64,000 bases of DNA from Leucoraja erinacea. Its lineage: Eukaryota. Under the pieces are notes generated by a model that saw only the letters and a list, made by a program, of their open reading frames with translations, was not told the DNA's origin and searched no databases. The translations under genes and the position numbers were made by a program. The DNA lies in NCBI RefSeq assembly GCF_028641065.1, contig NC_073415.1, positions 11,532,001-11,596,000 of the forward strand, in the 5' to 3' direction. Shown in pieces: positions 62,301 to 64,000 of the stretch. Every line of letters begins with the position of its first letter. The stretch's first letter is position 1.

Positions 62301-63189
62301 CCACGACTTGGTTAAGCCCTGTGGATTTATCCACTTCAATGTGCTTTAAAAATGGCAGTACCTCCTCTCATCTGATCCAATGATAAATGTAGCAGCGTTG
62401 TGAAGGGTCCCATCCCGAAAAACTGCCTGTCCATTCCCACCATCGATGCTGCCTGACCTGCTGAGGTCCACCAGCACATTTGTGTTTTGCCGCGATAAAC
62501 TCAGCAGGCTTTCATGAATTGTCAAATAAATTTGTGCAAAAATTTCTGTTCCACAGAACGACTTCTATTTAGATCAATGTGACTGCAGAGACATGATATT
62601 TAATAATGTATATTTATGATTGATGATGCTCCCCAGAGTCCCACACTGAACATTGATGGATGCAAATCCGTACCATGCACGGCTGATGGAGGCAGCTGCT
62701 CCAGGTATCAATGAAATGGAGTTTGAAATCTGAAAACTAGAACATTGCCTTGAGGCAAAGATCCTTTAATTAATTATTTTACCAACCGAGAAGAGTTTAA
62801 AAATATTCATTTTGTTCTAACATTCAACCTACATTAATTCCTCTTTTTTTCTCAGCTCCTTTAGTGATTTTGAAATGTATCAAGGTGGAAAACAAATATG
62901 ACTTTAGCATTTACCCTGGAACATACAGCTGCCAGTCCTGTCCTTATCTTATCCAGGTTTCTGTAATGGCCACAATGCAGTCACACATACCTATCCACGC
63001 CCTAACCTCATCTGCCGACCAGTCAGGCAAGCCTCTTGAATTAAAATGTTTAATTTAAATCCCCATTCCTTCCTCGCTCCCTGCCTTTCTCCTGCCTATT
63101 CTGTCCTTTATACGTTCTCTCATCACCATACCGAATTCTAACCTCTCACTTGCCTCTCTGTCCTGTATAAGATCCCACCAGCTGCATTA

Positions 63190-63577
63190 GCGAACCTGCC
63201 TGTCAGGATATAGGTTCCCGTTTAGTTAAGGTGCAACCCGTCCCTCTTGTACTGGAAGCCTCCTCCCCAGAAGAGATCCCAATGGTCCAGAAACCTAAAT
63301 CCCTGCCCCCTGCACCAATTCCTCAGCCACACGTTCATCTCCCCTATCTTTCTGGTCTTACCCTCATGAACACATGGCACTGAAAGCAATCCTGAGATCA
63401 CTACACTGGAGGTTGTTCCTGTTTGTAAGATATTTACCAAACTCCCTATACTCATATTGAGGGCCTCCTTCCTTTTCCTACCGATGTCATTTGCGCCAAC
63501 ATGCACGATGACTTCTGGCTGCTCCCCGCCCCCCCCCTTGAGGCTGTCCTACAGCCACTCTGAAACGTCCCGGACCA
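63190..63577 (-). mobile_element. CR1 LINE ORF1 SGNH-esterase domain fragment
   Basis: VHVGANDIG...VVISGLL...MNVWLRNWCRGQGFRFLDHWDLFW...YKRDGLHLN. Confidence 0.85.
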
Positions 63578-64000
63578 AGTATCTATCCTCAGATTCAAAC
63601 CGCCCAGTGTGGTTCACTACAGTAAGGGTTTACTGTAATCCATCTCTCCCCCCCACTCCCCTCCCAAAGAAAACCAAATTCTTGTTTCACCTCGGCAGGA
63701 TTCAATGCCTGCGCCCCATTTACACCATAACCAGATTTCTTAGCTTTGGTGAGATGCATTGAGGGTCACAGATTCCAGAGAAACAACATAAAAACAGACC
63801 AATATACAAGATCTCGGCTCTTTATTGGTTGCTTTTACAATGACCTTTGAAAGGGTGGGTGGGATTTGAGTCACCTGCTACAAAAGAAAGGGAGGTCGGG
63901 ACTTCAGAACAACTCCTTGGTTGGACAATAGACCCACTGGTCCTCATGACCCCAACTGGTTAAGTCCTGCTGTCTACATAGACAACCTTTGGAAGGGTAC

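Noticed and set aside
62617-62649. In-frame TGA codons read as selenocysteine
   Set aside because: No SECIS or selenoprotein motif seen, and the upstream segment has a TAA stop.

Overview
Eukaryotic, intron-rich vertebrate DNA, most likely from a cartilaginous fish (skate or ray). This is inferred from its repeat set: CR1/HER1-like LINE 3' ends, V-type/HE1-like tRNA-SINEs, Rex/Babar and L2 LINE ends and Penelope-derived short elements. Three spliced minus-strand genes can be reconstructed exon by exon. (1) A 5-exon, 359-aa trypsin-fold (S1A) protein at 3246-9233 has a signal peptide and a GPI-like tail. His57 and Asp102 are intact, but GDSGGP has become GGYGAP and there is no IVGG activation motif, so it is a predicted pseudoprotease. 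(2) STXBP2/Munc18-2 at 14730-45301 has 19 coding exons and about 591 aa; part of exon 14 lies in an N-gap and intron 4 has a GC donor. (3) PET100 at 52677-58357 has 4 exons and 81 aa. CpG-island promoters sit at ~45.1-45.4 kb (CRE cluster) and ~58.2-58.7 kb (two RFX X-boxes, CCAAT boxes and a GC box, probably bidirectional). The most notable observations are: a dozen or more short Penelope-derived insertions carrying a minimal hammerhead-ribozyme core, several flanked by 10-16 bp direct repeats; the GPI-type pseudoprotease, whose stalk looks frameshifted; candidate poison exons in STXBP2 intron 8; and an unidentified exon chain running away from PET100 where mammals have XAB2. N-gaps lie at 8220-8440 and 19654-19906. 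All calls are by eye; no alignments were run.
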